Part shown: positions 38,839 to 48,403 of the stretch, one piece after another
How the letters are laid out: every line of letters begins with the position of its first letter
Position numbering within the stretch: the first letter of the stretch is position 1
Source: Myxococcota bacterium
Lineage (GTDB): Bacteria > Myxococcota_A > UBA9160 > JAFDDA01
DNA length: 64,000 bases
Reading direction: 5' to 3'
Assembly (NCBI GenBank): GCA_965228475.1
Contig: OZ245817.1
Span: forward strand, 256,001 to 320,000
Translations under genes and position numbers: made by a program
Notes under the pieces: model-generated
The model's database searches: none
What the model saw: the letters and a program-made list of their open reading frames with translations, nothing else
What the model was told of the DNA's origin: nothing

Positions 38839-40073
38839 GTCTGCTGCGCCGTCTCCTCGACTTCTCCGACGTCAAGGCCCACCCGCTCGACCGCATGCGG
38901 AAGCGAGTGCTCGCCTTCCTGGTCGTGCTCGGGATCCTCGGCGAAGCGGTGCTGTTCGTCATGGACCTCCGCTCCGGCCAGAACGCCACCAACAACCTCC
39001 TCGTTCTGGTCTGGCTCGTGGGGAGCCTGGTGCTGCTGCGGGGCGGAAGGGGAATCCTCGCGGCCCACGCCTACCTGCTCCCCTTCACGCTCGATTTCTT
39101 CCGAACCTTCGTGACGGGCGGGGGCGTCGCGACGCACGGCCTTCCGCTGCTCTTCCTGCTGATCGTCGTCTCGATCCTCCTGCTGCCGACGTCCCAGGCG
39201 GTCGGCTACGTCGCGATCCTGCTCCTCGGAGTGAACGGGATTCCCGTCGAGGAGCAGAGCCCGGTGACCGGCGAAGCTTCGGTCGAGAGCCTTCGGCGCA
39301 AACGGCTCATCATCGTGAACATCATCGCGGTCTCGATGACGACGGTCTTCACCGTCGTCTGGTACTGGCTCAAGCGGTATCTGGCGGAGCTGCTGAATCA
39401 CGTCGAGCGGCTCGACGATCTCGTGCGGGTGCGGACGCGGGAGCTCGAGGTCGAGAAGGAGCGGAGCGAATCGCTCCTCAAGAACATCCTGCCCGAGAGC
39501 GTGGCCGAGCAGCTCAAGCGGGAGGAGTCGCGTCCGGTCGAACGCTTCTCCGACGCCTCCGTGGCGTTCATCGACCTCGTCGGCTTCACGGCCTTTGCCC
39601 GGGGTCGCTCTCCCGCGGATCTGGTCCAGTTTCTCGACGCGACCTTCGAGGTGCTCGACCGGCTCGCCGAGGAGCACGGTGTCGAGAAGATCAAGACGAT
39701 CGGCGACGCCTACCTCGTGGCCTCCGGGATCCCCGAGGCGGATCCGCAGCACCTCCGGAAGATCGCCGACTTCGCTCTCGCCGCGCGCGAAGCGCTCGCC
39801 AGCGAGGCGCTGCGGGTGCGCATCGGGATCAGCGCCGGGCCGGTCGTTGCCGGGGTGATCGGCCGCAGAAAGTTCCACTACGACCTCTGGGGAGACACGG
39901 TCAACGTGGCGAGCCGGATGGAGTCGACGGGGGAAGTCGGGCGGATCCAGATTCCGTGCGAGGTCGCGAGGCAGCTCGAGGCCCACTACGCGATCGAGGC
40001 GCGCGGCGCCATCGACGTCACGGGAATCGGAAGCCTCGAGACCTGCTTCCTCGAAGGCGTGGCCCGGGCGTGA
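38835..40073 (+). CDS. Membrane-bound class III adenylate cyclase
   Basis: Multi-TM N-terminus; SESLLKNILP, DLVGFT, KIKTIGDAY, YDLWGDTVNVASRMES. Confidence 0.9.
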   Translation: MSLLRRLLDFSDVKAHPLDRMRKRVLAFLVVLGILGEAVLFVMDLRSGQNATNNLLVLVWLVGSLVLLRGGRGILAAHAYLLPFTLDFFRTFVTGGGVATHGLPLLFLLIVVSILLLPTSQAVGYVAILLLGVNGIPVEEQSPVTGEASVESLRRKRLIIVNIIAVSMTTVFTVVWYWLKRYLAELLNHVERLDDLVRVRTRELEVEKERSESLLKNILPESVAEQLKREESRPVERFSDASVAFIDLVGFTAFARGRSPADLVQFLDATFEVLDRLAEEHGVEKIKTIGDAYLVASGIPEADPQHLRKIADFALAAREALASEALRVRIGISAGPVVAGVIGRRKFHYDLWGDTVNVASRMESTGEVGRIQIPCEVARQLEAHYAIEARGAIDVTGIGSLETCFLEGVARA

Positions 40074-40083
40074 AGACCCGGGC

Positions 40084-43000
40084 CTAGGCCGCTTCGTCCC
40101 GGGCGCGTACCGGCCGCGGGCGGTCCGCCACCGGCGGCTCGGACCGGCGGAAGAGGCGCAGGACGTCCTCGAGCATGAGGTAGGTCGAGGGGACGAGGAA
40201 GAGCGTCACGAGGCTCGCGAACAGCACGCCGAAGGCGATCGAGACGGCCATCGGGATCATGAACTTCGCCTGCATGCTGGTTTCGAGCATGAGCGGGGTG
40301 AGTCCGGCGAAGGTCGTGAGCGTGGTCAGCAGGATCGGGCGGAAGCGCGCGGCCGCGGCCTGTTGCACGGCTTCGAACAGGGGAACGCCCGAGGCGACGA
40401 ACTGGTTGATGCGGTCCGAGAGGACGAGGCTCGCGTTCACGACGACCCCCGAGAGCGCGACCAGTCCGAGCACGGAGTACATGGAGAAGGTGAAGCCGAG
40501 CAGGTAGTGCCCCCAGGCGGCGCCGACCAGCCCGAAGGGGATGGCCGCCATGATGATCAGCGGCTGGAAGTAGGAGCCGAGCGGAATCGCGAGCAGGCTG
40601 TAGATCACGAGCAGGGCGATCACGTAGCCGCGGCTCATGGCGGCGAGGAATTCGCGCTGTTCGGCCTGTTCGCCCTCGAAGCTGAACTGGACGCCCGGGT
40701 AGCGGGCGAGGATCTCGTCGAGGGCGCCCGAGCGCAGGACGCGCACGATCTCGTTGGCGTTGGCCGCCGCCTGGTCGACGTCGGCCGTGACGCTCACGAC
40801 GCGGCGGCCATCGACGTGCCGGATGGCGGAGAAGCCCGTGCGAAGATCGGCGCGCGCGACGCTCGTGAAGGGGATCGTCGTTCCGTCGGCGCCGCGGATG
40901 CGCATGCGTTCGACGTCGCCGAGGGAGCGGCGCTCGCTCTCCGGGTAGCGGACCATGACCTTCACTTCGTCGCGCCCGCGCTGGATCGTCTGCGCTTCTT
41001 CCCCGTAGAAGCCCTGGCGGAGCTGGCGCGCGACGTCCTCGAGGGTGAGGCCCAGGGTCTCGGCGCTCGGGAGGATCTGGTACTCGAGCTCCTGCTTGCC
41101 GCCGCGGAAGGAGTCCGCGACGTCGAACACGCCGGGGTAGGTCTCGAGGTGGTGCTTCACGGCGTCGGCCGCCTCGCGCAGGGCGTCGAGGTCCGGTCCG
41201 TTGAGCTCGATCTCGATGGGCGCACCGGTCGTCACGAGGGAGTACTCGAACTGCAGCTGCTCGACCCCCGGGAAGTCGCCCGCGGCCTCCCGCCAGCGGC
41301 GGGTGAGTTCCGCGACGCCGATGTCCCGGCGGCGGAAGTCCACGATCTCGACCTGGACCTCGCCGACGTTGCTCCGCGCCGGGGCGCTTCCGTCCATCAT
41401 CCGGTTCATCTGTTCGCGCCGCGCCTGCATGGGCTGCTCGCCGACGGACGACATCAGGTGGGTGAACACGGCCGGCCGGCCCGGGTTCTCGGCGCCGACC
41501 TCGTCGCGGACGAGCAGGGCCGCGGCCTCGAGCCGCTCGACAGCGCGCTGCGTGACGTGGAAGGGCGTTCCGGGGGAGAGGGTCAGGTCCGCCACGATGA
41601 AGTCCGCTTCGACGGGCTCCTGGAAGACGAACTTCAACCAGCCCCCGCCGAACAGGCCGACGGTGAAGAGCAGCAGCGAGAGAGCGACGGCCGAGGTCAG
41701 GTAGCGCCACTCGAGAGCGCGGCGGAGTGCCGGGAGGTAGAGCCCCTCGATCACGCGGTTCAGTCCGCGCGCGATCGCGGCCTGGAACCGCCGCCAGCCG
41801 CGCGAGACCGGGTTGCTCCCCTCGCCTTCGCTCTTCTTCCCGTGCCCGAGGTGGGCGGGGAGGATGAACATGGCTTCGAGGACGGAGAACACGAGGCAGG
41901 CGATCACCACCATCGGCAGCACGCGCGTCATCCGCCCCATCGGGCCCGGGAGGGTCGCGAGCGGGAAGAATGCCGCGATCGTCGTGAGCACGCCGAAGGC
42001 GACCGGCACGAGGATGGTCTGCGCGCCGAGGATCGCGCCGCGCAGGTGATTCCCCGTGCGGACCTGGTGGACGTGCGCGTTCTCGCCGACCACGATCGCG
42101 TCGTCCACGACGATGCCGAGCACGATGATGAAGCCGAGTAGCGAGATGAAGTTGATCGAGATGTCGAGCGCGGGGAGCAGGGCGACGGCGCCGAGGAACG
42201 AGATCGGAATGCCGAGGCTCACCCACAGCGCGAGCCGCAGGCGCAGGAAGAGCGAGAGGATGATCACGACCAGCAGGAAGCCGCCGCGGCCGTTGCGGAG
42301 CATCGTGTCGAGGCGGTCGGCCAGAACCCGGGAGTCGTCCTGCCAGACCGTGACGGCAATGCCTTCGGGGAGGCTCGTCTGGAGTCCGTCGACGTACTCC
42401 CGGACCTTCCGCGAGATGGCGAGGGCCTTCTGGTCGCCCTGCCGGAACACCTGGATCAGCAGGCTCGGCTCCCCGTCGAAGCGCGCGAGGCGATCGGCCT
42501 CGGCGAAGCCGTCCACGACCGTCGCGACGTCGCCGAGGGCGAGCCGCGTTCCGTCGCGCCGCGAGACGAGGGCGATCTGCTCGTACTCCTCGCCGTGGTA
42601 GGCCTGGCCCTTGGCGCGCAGCAGGATCTCGCCCGAATCGGTCTTCACGCCGCCGCCCGGCAGGTCGAGCGAGGACGTGCGCACGGCGCGCACGACGTCG
42701 TCGAAGCGGAGTCCGTGGCGCTCGAGGGACGATTCGGAGACCTCGACCGTGACCTCGTAGGGGCGCGCCATCATGAGGCGCGCATCGCTCACGTCGGGGA
42801 GCGCCGCGATGTCGTCGCGGATCTGCTGGGCGAGCCGCGTGAGGGTCCACTCGTCCACCTCGCCCGAGACGGCGAGGTTCAGCACGCGGCTCTCGACCTC
42901 GCTCTGCTGGACCGTCGGCTCCTCGGCGCCTTCCGGGAAGGTGTCGATGGCGTCGACCGAGGCGCGTACTTCGTCGAGGCGACGCCGGACGTCTTCGCCC

Positions 43001-43293
43001 CCGAGGAGCTCCACCGTCACGCTGGCTACGCCTTCCGAGGACGAGGAGCGGATCCGCTTGATGCCGGCTCCGCCCTGGAGCTTCTCCTCGATGCGGTTCG
43101 TGATCGAGGACTCGATCTCTCCCGGCGAGGCCCCCGGGTAGACGACGTTCACGGTGATCGCGTCGAGCGCGATCGACGGGATCAGCTCCTGGCGCAGGGT
43201 CGGCATGGTGCCGAGGCCGGCGACGAGGATCACCACCATCGTCAGGTTCGCGGCGACCGGGTTCTCGGCGCACCACGCGATGGCGCCCTTCAC
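40084..43293 (-). CDS. RND efflux transporter permease (AcrB/AcrD/AcrF family)
   Basis: NPVAANL, GIVVDDAIVVGEN, RFRPILLTTLTT. Confidence 0.95.
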   Translation of the reverse strand: MKGAIAWCAENPVAANLTMVVILVAGLGTMPTLRQELIPSIALDAITVNVVYPGASPGEIESSITNRIEEKLQGGAGIKRIRSSSSEGVASVTVELLGGEDVRRRLDEVRASVDAIDTFPEGAEEPTVQQSEVESRVLNLAVSGEVDEWTLTRLAQQIRDDIAALPDVSDARLMMARPYEVTVEVSESSLERHGLRFDDVVRAVRTSSLDLPGGGVKTDSGEILLRAKGQAYHGEEYEQIALVSRRDGTRLALGDVATVVDGFAEADRLARFDGEPSLLIQVFRQGDQKALAISRKVREYVDGLQTSLPEGIAVTVWQDDSRVLADRLDTMLRNGRGGFLLVVIILSLFLRLRLALWVSLGIPISFLGAVALLPALDISINFISLLGFIIVLGIVVDDAIVVGENAHVHQVRTGNHLRGAILGAQTILVPVAFGVLTTIAAFFPLATLPGPMGRMTRVLPMVVIACLVFSVLEAMFILPAHLGHGKKSEGEGSNPVSRGWRRFQAAIARGLNRVIEGLYLPALRRALEWRYLTSAVALSLLLFTVGLFGGGWLKFVFQEPVEADFIVADLTLSPGTPFHVTQRAVERLEAAALLVRDEVGAENPGRPAVFTHLMSSVGEQPMQARREQMNRMMDGSAPARSNVGEVQVEIVDFRRRDIGVAELTRRWREAAGDFPGVEQLQFEYSLVTTGAPIEIELNGPDLDALREAADAVKHHLETYPGVFDVADSFRGGKQELEYQILPSAETLGLTLEDVARQLRQGFYGEEAQTIQRGRDEVKVMVRYPESERRSLGDVERMRIRGADGTTIPFTSVARADLRTGFSAIRHVDGRRVVSVTADVDQAAANANEIVRVLRSGALDEILARYPGVQFSFEGEQAEQREFLAAMSRGYVIALLVIYSLLAIPLGSYFQPLIIMAAIPFGLVGAAWGHYLLGFTFSMYSVLGLVALSGVVVNASLVLSDRINQFVASGVPLFEAVQQAAAARFRPILLTTLTTFAGLTPLMLETSMQAKFMIPMAVSIAFGVLFASLVTLFLVPSTYLMLEDVLRLFRRSEPPVADRPRPVRARDEAA

Positions 43294-44558
43294 GAGGAGT
43301 GCGCTCCGGCGGGCTCCGCCGTCCGGGCCGCCGGCTCTTCGGCGGCGAGCGATTCCTCGGCTTCGCTCGGGCCGGCCTCGCGCCCCGGCCGGCCCTCGGG
43401 CGAGGCGACCGCATCGAGGACCCGAACCGTCATGCCCTCCGTCGCGATCTCGAGGGGCGAAGTCACGAGGCGCTCCCCCGGAAGCAGCCGCGCCCGGATC
43501 CAGCTCACGCCGCGAACGGAGCGCAGCACCTCGGCCTGCCGGATGCGGAGGCGATCCTCCGGGTCGACGAGCAGGATCGTGTCCGCGCGGCGGAGCGCCG
43601 AGCGCGGAATCTCGAACACGCCCTCGGCCGCGCGGCCGCGGATCGTCGCATCGACGAACAGGCCCATCGGCAGCGCTTCACGGCTCGCGTCGGTGAGGGC
43701 GAAGGGGTCGTCCACCCGGGCCACCACGTGCAGCATGCGCGTGCGCTCGTCGCGCACGCCTTCGCTGCGAACGAGGCGACCGGTCCAGCGGGCCTCGCGC
43801 CCCGCGACGCGGGCGGTGAGCTCGACCTCCGGCCCCGTGGGCTCGGAACCACCGCTCGCCGCGGGAATCTCCAGGTGGGCGAGGTCCGCGTCGAGGATCG
43901 GCAGGCGGACCTCTGCGAAGTCGACGGAGTAGAGGCGCGCGAGCGGCTGGCCGCGGTTCACGAACTGTCCGAGGTCGACGTGCTTCTCGCGCACGCGGCT
44001 CGCGAAGGGCGCGCGGATGCGGGTGCGGCCGAGGTCGAGCCGGGCGCGTTCCACGGCGACCTTGGCTTCGCGCTCGCCCGCGGCCGCGTTCGCCTGGGCG
44101 TGGAGCGCTTCATCGAGCCGCGCCTGGCTCGAGATGCCGCGCTCGCGCATGGAGCGCTGCCGGGCGAGCGTGGCCTCGGCGTTCGAGAGCGCGCTCTCGG
44201 CGCGCAGCAGCGCGGCGCGGGCGCCCTCGAGGGCGATCTGGTAGTCGCGCGCGTCGATGCGCGCGATCACGTCGCCCTCGTCGAAGGCGCCGCCGGTGGC
44301 GAGCTCCGGCGAGACCCAGACGATGCGCCCCGCGACCTCGGCCACGAGTTCGCTCTCGGTGACCGGCTCGACCGTGCCCTGGGCGACGACGTCGAGGGTG
44401 ACGGTCTCAGGAACCAGAGCCACGGCCTCGACGACCAGGGCCGGGTCCGGCGGCCGCGCGGTCTCGACGGAAGTTCGCGACGAGACCATTGCGAACGTCA
44501 CGAGCAGGGCCGCGCCGAGCACGCCGAGCGGAAGCAGCAGTTTGGCGGAACGTTTCAC
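43290..44558 (-). CDS. RND periplasmic adaptor (membrane fusion protein)
   Basis: GTVEP..AEVAGRI, coiled coil, RTRIRAPF, VDLGQFV; GTGA overlaps at both ends. Confidence 0.92.
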   Translation of the reverse strand: MKRSAKLLLPLGVLGAALLVTFAMVSSRTSVETARPPDPALVVEAVALVPETVTLDVVAQGTVEPVTESELVAEVAGRIVWVSPELATGGAFDEGDVIARIDARDYQIALEGARAALLRAESALSNAEATLARQRSMRERGISSQARLDEALHAQANAAAGEREAKVAVERARLDLGRTRIRAPFASRVREKHVDLGQFVNRGQPLARLYSVDFAEVRLPILDADLAHLEIPAASGGSEPTGPEVELTARVAGREARWTGRLVRSEGVRDERTRMLHVVARVDDPFALTDASREALPMGLFVDATIRGRAAEGVFEIPRSALRRADTILLVDPEDRLRIRQAEVLRSVRGVSWIRARLLPGERLVTSPLEIATEGMTVRVLDAVASPEGRPGREAGPSEAEESLAAEEPAARTAEPAGAHSS

Positions 44559-45169
44559 GGGTTCGTCTCCGAGTGGGCGCTCGGGGAGTCGTTCAAGAAG
44601 AGGCCGGTCAGGATGCCGAGACCTTCGGGCGTCGCAGCGCCCTCGGCATCGAGCAGACATCCGAAGAGGCTCGCGAGGTAGAGGCGCGGCGCGTACTGCG
44701 CGTCGAGCCCCGTGCGGAGCTCGCCGCGTTCGGCGGCTTCGAGGAAGCGCCGGTCGAGCACGTCCATGACGGGCTGGGGCTCGTCCTCGGGCTTCTCGGG
44801 GAGCGAGCGGGTCTGGGCGCGGAGCATCTCGGCGAAGACGTCGGGGCCGATCTCGTCGCGGAACTCGAGGATGCCCGCGACGAGCTCCGCGAGCGCGTCG
44901 CGCAGGGCGCCCTCACGGCCGGTGCTCTCCACGCGTTCCGCGAGCCGCCCCTGGATGCCGAGCAACACCTCCCGCAGCAGGTCCTGCTTCGTCGAGAAGT
45001 GGAAGTAGAAGCTCGGCCGCGAGACGCCGGCGTTCTTCGCGATGCGGGCGATGCTCGCGCGCTCGAAGCCGTTGGCGCGGAACTCCTCGAGCGCGGCCTC
45101 GACGAGGCGGGCGCGCGTGCGGTCCCCCCGGCGTTCCCGGGGGCGGAGGTTTTGGATGGCGGTGCTCAC
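44555..45169 (-). CDS. TetR family regulator
   Basis: IARIAKNAGVSRPSFYFHFSTKQDL. Confidence 0.9.
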   Translation of the reverse strand: MSTAIQNLRPRERRGDRTRARLVEAALEEFRANGFERASIARIAKNAGVSRPSFYFHFSTKQDLLREVLLGIQGRLAERVESTGREGALRDALAELVAGILEFRDEIGPDVFAEMLRAQTRSLPEKPEDEPQPVMDVLDRRFLEAAERGELRTGLDAQYAPRLYLASLFGCLLDAEGAATPEGLGILTGLFLNDSPSAHSETNP

Positions 45170-45191
45170 GGCGATGGAGTGTGGTTCGGAT

Positions 45192-45205
45192 TTGACGCTT
45201 GTCAA
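45192..45205. promoter_or_regulatory. Palindromic operator upstream of the tetR-RND operon
   Basis: TTGAC-GCTT-GTCAA. Confidence 0.6.
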
Positions 45206-45329
45206 CTTTAGGAGACACCCGTCAGAAATCCCGATATCCCCGCGGGGAAGCCCTTCAGCGCGACCTTTCCGCCACCTCGGCCCGGAATCGGCTCGCCCGA
45301 GCCCCCGAGCGCGGCGGATACTCCACGCG

Positions 45330-45808
45330 ATGGCCTCCTACCCGCCCTCGGCCGAAGCCGAGATCGCCGCGCCCATCGAGCGCGTGTTCGACGCCCTGCT
45401 CGACGGCTCGCGCTACCCCGAGTGGAACCCGCTGATCCTCTCCGAGGAGGGCGACTCCTTCGCGGTCGGAGCGCCGGTGACCATGCGGGTTCGGCTCGGC
45501 CCGGTGGTCGTGCGGCCCACCCGGGCCACGGTCCGCGTCACTCCGCCGGGCGAGACCGATGGCCGGCGCGCCGAGTGGGTTCACCGCTTCGCGTCCGGGC
45601 TCGCGAAGGTCGGGCTCGTGCAGTCCCAGCGTCATCACGAACTCGAGGCCCACGGCGGTGGCACCCGCTACGTCACTTACGAGCACTTCCGCGGACCGCT
45701 CTCGTGGCTGCTGCCCTACGGCGCGATCGACGCCGGCTTCAAGGCACAGGCCGCCGCCTTGAGGCGTACTGCGAGGGGGGTGCCCCTCGCTCCTGCGACC
45801 GCATCTGA
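45330..45808 (+). CDS. SRPBCC/polyketide cyclase family protein with an apparent frameshift near its 3' end
   Basis: IAAPIERVF..YPEWNP, GGTRYVTYEHFRG; the reading frame as given runs on to 45977, while the natural-looking end (AYCEGG...*) lies in another frame ending at 45808. Confidence 0.65.
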
Positions 45809-45889
45809 CGGCCTTCTCTCTGCACTGACACAAAACGAATCATGCGCCCACGAGACTTCGATGTCCGACCCACGGACAACGGAGGAGTC

Positions 45890-46693
45890 ATGGATCTTCG
45901 TGTCGCTCGGTTTGCTTCGCTTGCCGTCGGTTGCATCGCGATCGGTGCCGCGGCCCCGGCCAGTGCGTTGTCATTGATCAGCAACACACGGATCGTTCTT
46001 GCGGACACCGTGTACGACGTCTTTCAGCTCGACGACGGAGGCGATCTCGACGCCGATTCGCGGATGGAGCCCGGTGCCTGGATCGGGGCCGCGGTCGCAT
46101 CGTCCGGTCTGGGCAACGTCGCGCAAGCGACCGCCGAGGCCACCCAGGACTCGGTCGTCACCACGGAAGATCCACTGCTCGATCTGCTCGCGAGCGGGGG
46201 TGGTGCCGCCGGTGCCGCCTTCGACGTGAACGATCCGGGCTTTCCCTCGCGCGCGTCCGGCTTCGGGACGACGTCGCTCGAGGTCGTCTTCGACGTGACG
46301 GAGCCGACGGAGATCGCCCTGGCCGTCAGCCTCTTCGCAGCGCTCGAGGAGCTCATCGTCAACACGGGCCAGGGGCCTGTCGATTCCGAGGTCTTCGCCT
46401 TCTTCGGCCTCGTCGGCGCGAACGTCGGGCTCGTCTCGTCGGGAGAGGTCTCGGACGATGCCGGCGACGGGGCACCCGTCGAGGACGACTTCGTCTTCAG
46501 CGGTGTGATCGCGCCGGATACCTACGCCCTGACGATCGGCGCCCAGGTCGACGTCGCGGGCTTCGAGGATTCCTTCGGGAGCGGGATCGCGAGCTTCGGT
46601 TTCGAGCTTCGCGCGGTGCCGGAGCCTCCGCTCGCGGGGCTCCTGCTTCTCGGGCTCTGGGTGATTCAGCGAGCGCCGAGGCGGAAGAGGTAG
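45890..46693 (+). CDS. PEP-CTERM sorting domain surface protein
   Basis: RBS GGAGGAG, signal peptide, C-terminal VPEPPLAGLLLLGLWVIQRAPRRKR. Confidence 0.85.
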   Translation: MDLRVARFASLAVGCIAIGAAAPASALSLISNTRIVLADTVYDVFQLDDGGDLDADSRMEPGAWIGAAVASSGLGNVAQATAEATQDSVVTTEDPLLDLLASGGGAAGAAFDVNDPGFPSRASGFGTTSLEVVFDVTEPTEIALAVSLFAALEELIVNTGQGPVDSEVFAFFGLVGANVGLVSSGEVSDDAGDGAPVEDDFVFSGVIAPDTYALTIGAQVDVAGFEDSFGSGIASFGFELRAVPEPPLAGLLLLGLWVIQRAPRRKR

Positions 46694-47118
46694 GCCTCGT
46701 CGACGTTCTCGTTGCGCGGGCGGCGGCCGTACTTCACTTCGTAGGCGTCGGAGAAGCGGTCGAACTCCTCCTGGGTCTCGACGCGGGCGGCGGCGAGCTC
46801 GTAGATCGAGTCTTCGATCTTCATGCGCACCGCCGGGTCGGCTTCCATGTGTTCGACCCAGGTGGCGCGGCTCTCGCCGGCGTGCACGTAGAGATCCGGG
46901 CCGACGCCGGTCGCCCAGATGTTGACCGAGTAGGGATCGCTCGGCTGCGTCTCGAGCTGGACGGTGCCGGTGGCGTCGGAGAAGGCCCAGTCGCCCGGGA
47001 CCGCGACCACCGGGCCTTCGAGCGCGCCGCCGGGGAGCAGGAGGAACGGGCCTCCGCAGGCGAGAGTGGCCGAAGCGAGCAGAGCCAGGGTGAAGCGTGC
47101 GAGGTGCGTTTTCATCAT
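46666..47118 (-). CDS. Small lipoprotein, DUF2255/split-barrel-like
   Basis: LA-CGGP lipobox, PGGALEG, LETQPSDPYSVNIW, YEVKY; paralog of 63347-63757. Confidence 0.7.
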   Translation of the reverse strand: MMKTHLARFTLALLASATLACGGPFLLLPGGALEGPVVAVPGDWAFSDATGTVQLETQPSDPYSVNIWATGVGPDLYVHAGESRATWVEHMEADPAVRMKIEDSIYELAAARVETQEEFDRFSDAYEVKYGRRPRNENVDEAYLFRLGAR

Positions 47119-47166
47119 GGGGCGAGCATACCCTTCGGCGTGTCGTAGCCGCCAGCGCGCCGCGCC

Positions 47167-48396
47167 TCAGCCTTCGAGGGCGATGCCGTAGTAGTCGGTG
47201 TAGGGGCGCATCCGTTCCCGCAGCCGCGCCGGGTCGAAGCCCCACTCCTCTGCCGAGTAGCGGTGCTGGCCGAACTTCCCCTTCGGCTTGTCGGCCAGGT
47301 AGCGGCGGATCGCGTCCGCATGCTCGCCGAGGAAGGGCCGGCCCATCCGGCCGTAGAGGGCTTCCACGGCGCCGACGGCGTCGGCCATCAGGTCGGCGAA
47401 GTGCGAGTCGACGATCCGGTCCGGGAGTTCGCCGGCCTCGCGCCGCCGGGCGAGGAGCTTCATCAGCTCGCCGAGGCCGAGCCCCTCCGCCTCGGGCAGG
47501 GTGACCTCGTCGGTGCGTTCCCAGCGCACCGTCGCCAGGGTGCTGAGGCTCGAGGGCTCGGTCTTCAGCGGGTCGCGATGCGTGTGCACGACCCAGGCGT
47601 CCGGGTAGGTTTCGAAGACGAGATCGATGCACGTGAGGTAGAGCGGCGTCTTCACGACCCACGTCTTCGGCGGCCCGCCGTGCTGGAGCGTCTGCAGGAA
47701 CGCCCGGTGGTAGGCCATCGTCGCCGGGAAGTCGGGGATCCACTCCGGGATCTCAGCGATCATCGACCAGTGCCCGCCGGAGAAGCCGGGGAGCGTGATC
47801 GTCACGCACTCGACCGGAAGGTCCGCGCGCAGCTCGTGGATCGCGGCGAACTCGGGCTGGACGTCGGCCCAGAACTCCTGCTCGCACTCCGCCATCGCGC
47901 GCCGCGCCTCCGCATCCGTTCCGGCCTGCGGGACGGGGTGGAGCGCCTCCCAGGCGAGGGGAGCGCGCGCGTTCGGGTCGAGGGCGAGCAGCTCGAACAG
48001 GATGGTCGTGCCCGAGCGCGGCGGGCCGGTGATGACGATCGGCGCCTCGACGTTTTCTTCCGCGATGGCCGGCGAGGCGGCACGAGCCTGGCTCAGCAGG
48101 AGCCGCGTGCACAGGCCGCGCAGGAGTTCCTGGCGGGTCATCAGCCGGCCGAGCGTGTTGAGGTTGCCCGCGGTCTCGAGCTGGCCGACGAGGGCTTCGA
48201 AGCGGCCCCGCCAATCGCCGTCGAAGTCGCCGAAGTCCGTGAGGCCTCCGGTCGCGCGGGTGGCGCTCTCGACGAGGTCGTGCGCATCGAGGGGAATCAG
48301 GTTCGCGGCGCCGCCGACGGAATCGCCCATGGCGTTGATGCGGCGCACCCAGTCGGGCCGGGTGTAGTGCTCGGAGAGGTTCTTGAAGCTCGGCAC
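47167..48396 (-). CDS. Sulfotransferase (Sulfotransfer_3)
   Basis: ITGPPRSGTT PAPS loop, WVVKTP, HTHRDP, HRYS. Confidence 0.9.
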   Translation of the reverse strand: MPSFKNLSEHYTRPDWVRRINAMGDSVGGAANLIPLDAHDLVESATRATGGLTDFGDFDGDWRGRFEALVGQLETAGNLNTLGRLMTRQELLRGLCTRLLLSQARAASPAIAEENVEAPIVITGPPRSGTTILFELLALDPNARAPLAWEALHPVPQAGTDAEARRAMAECEQEFWADVQPEFAAIHELRADLPVECVTITLPGFSGGHWSMIAEIPEWIPDFPATMAYHRAFLQTLQHGGPPKTWVVKTPLYLTCIDLVFETYPDAWVVHTHRDPLKTEPSSLSTLATVRWERTDEVTLPEAEGLGLGELMKLLARRREAGELPDRIVDSHFADLMADAVGAVEALYGRMGRPFLGEHADAIRRYLADKPKGKFGQHRYSAEEWGFDPARLRERMRPYTDYYGIALEG

Positions 48397-48403
48397 GGCG
48401 GGT

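Noticed and set aside
40084..45169. RND operon lacking an outer-membrane factor
   Set aside because: A common arrangement; TolC-type channels are often encoded elsewhere.
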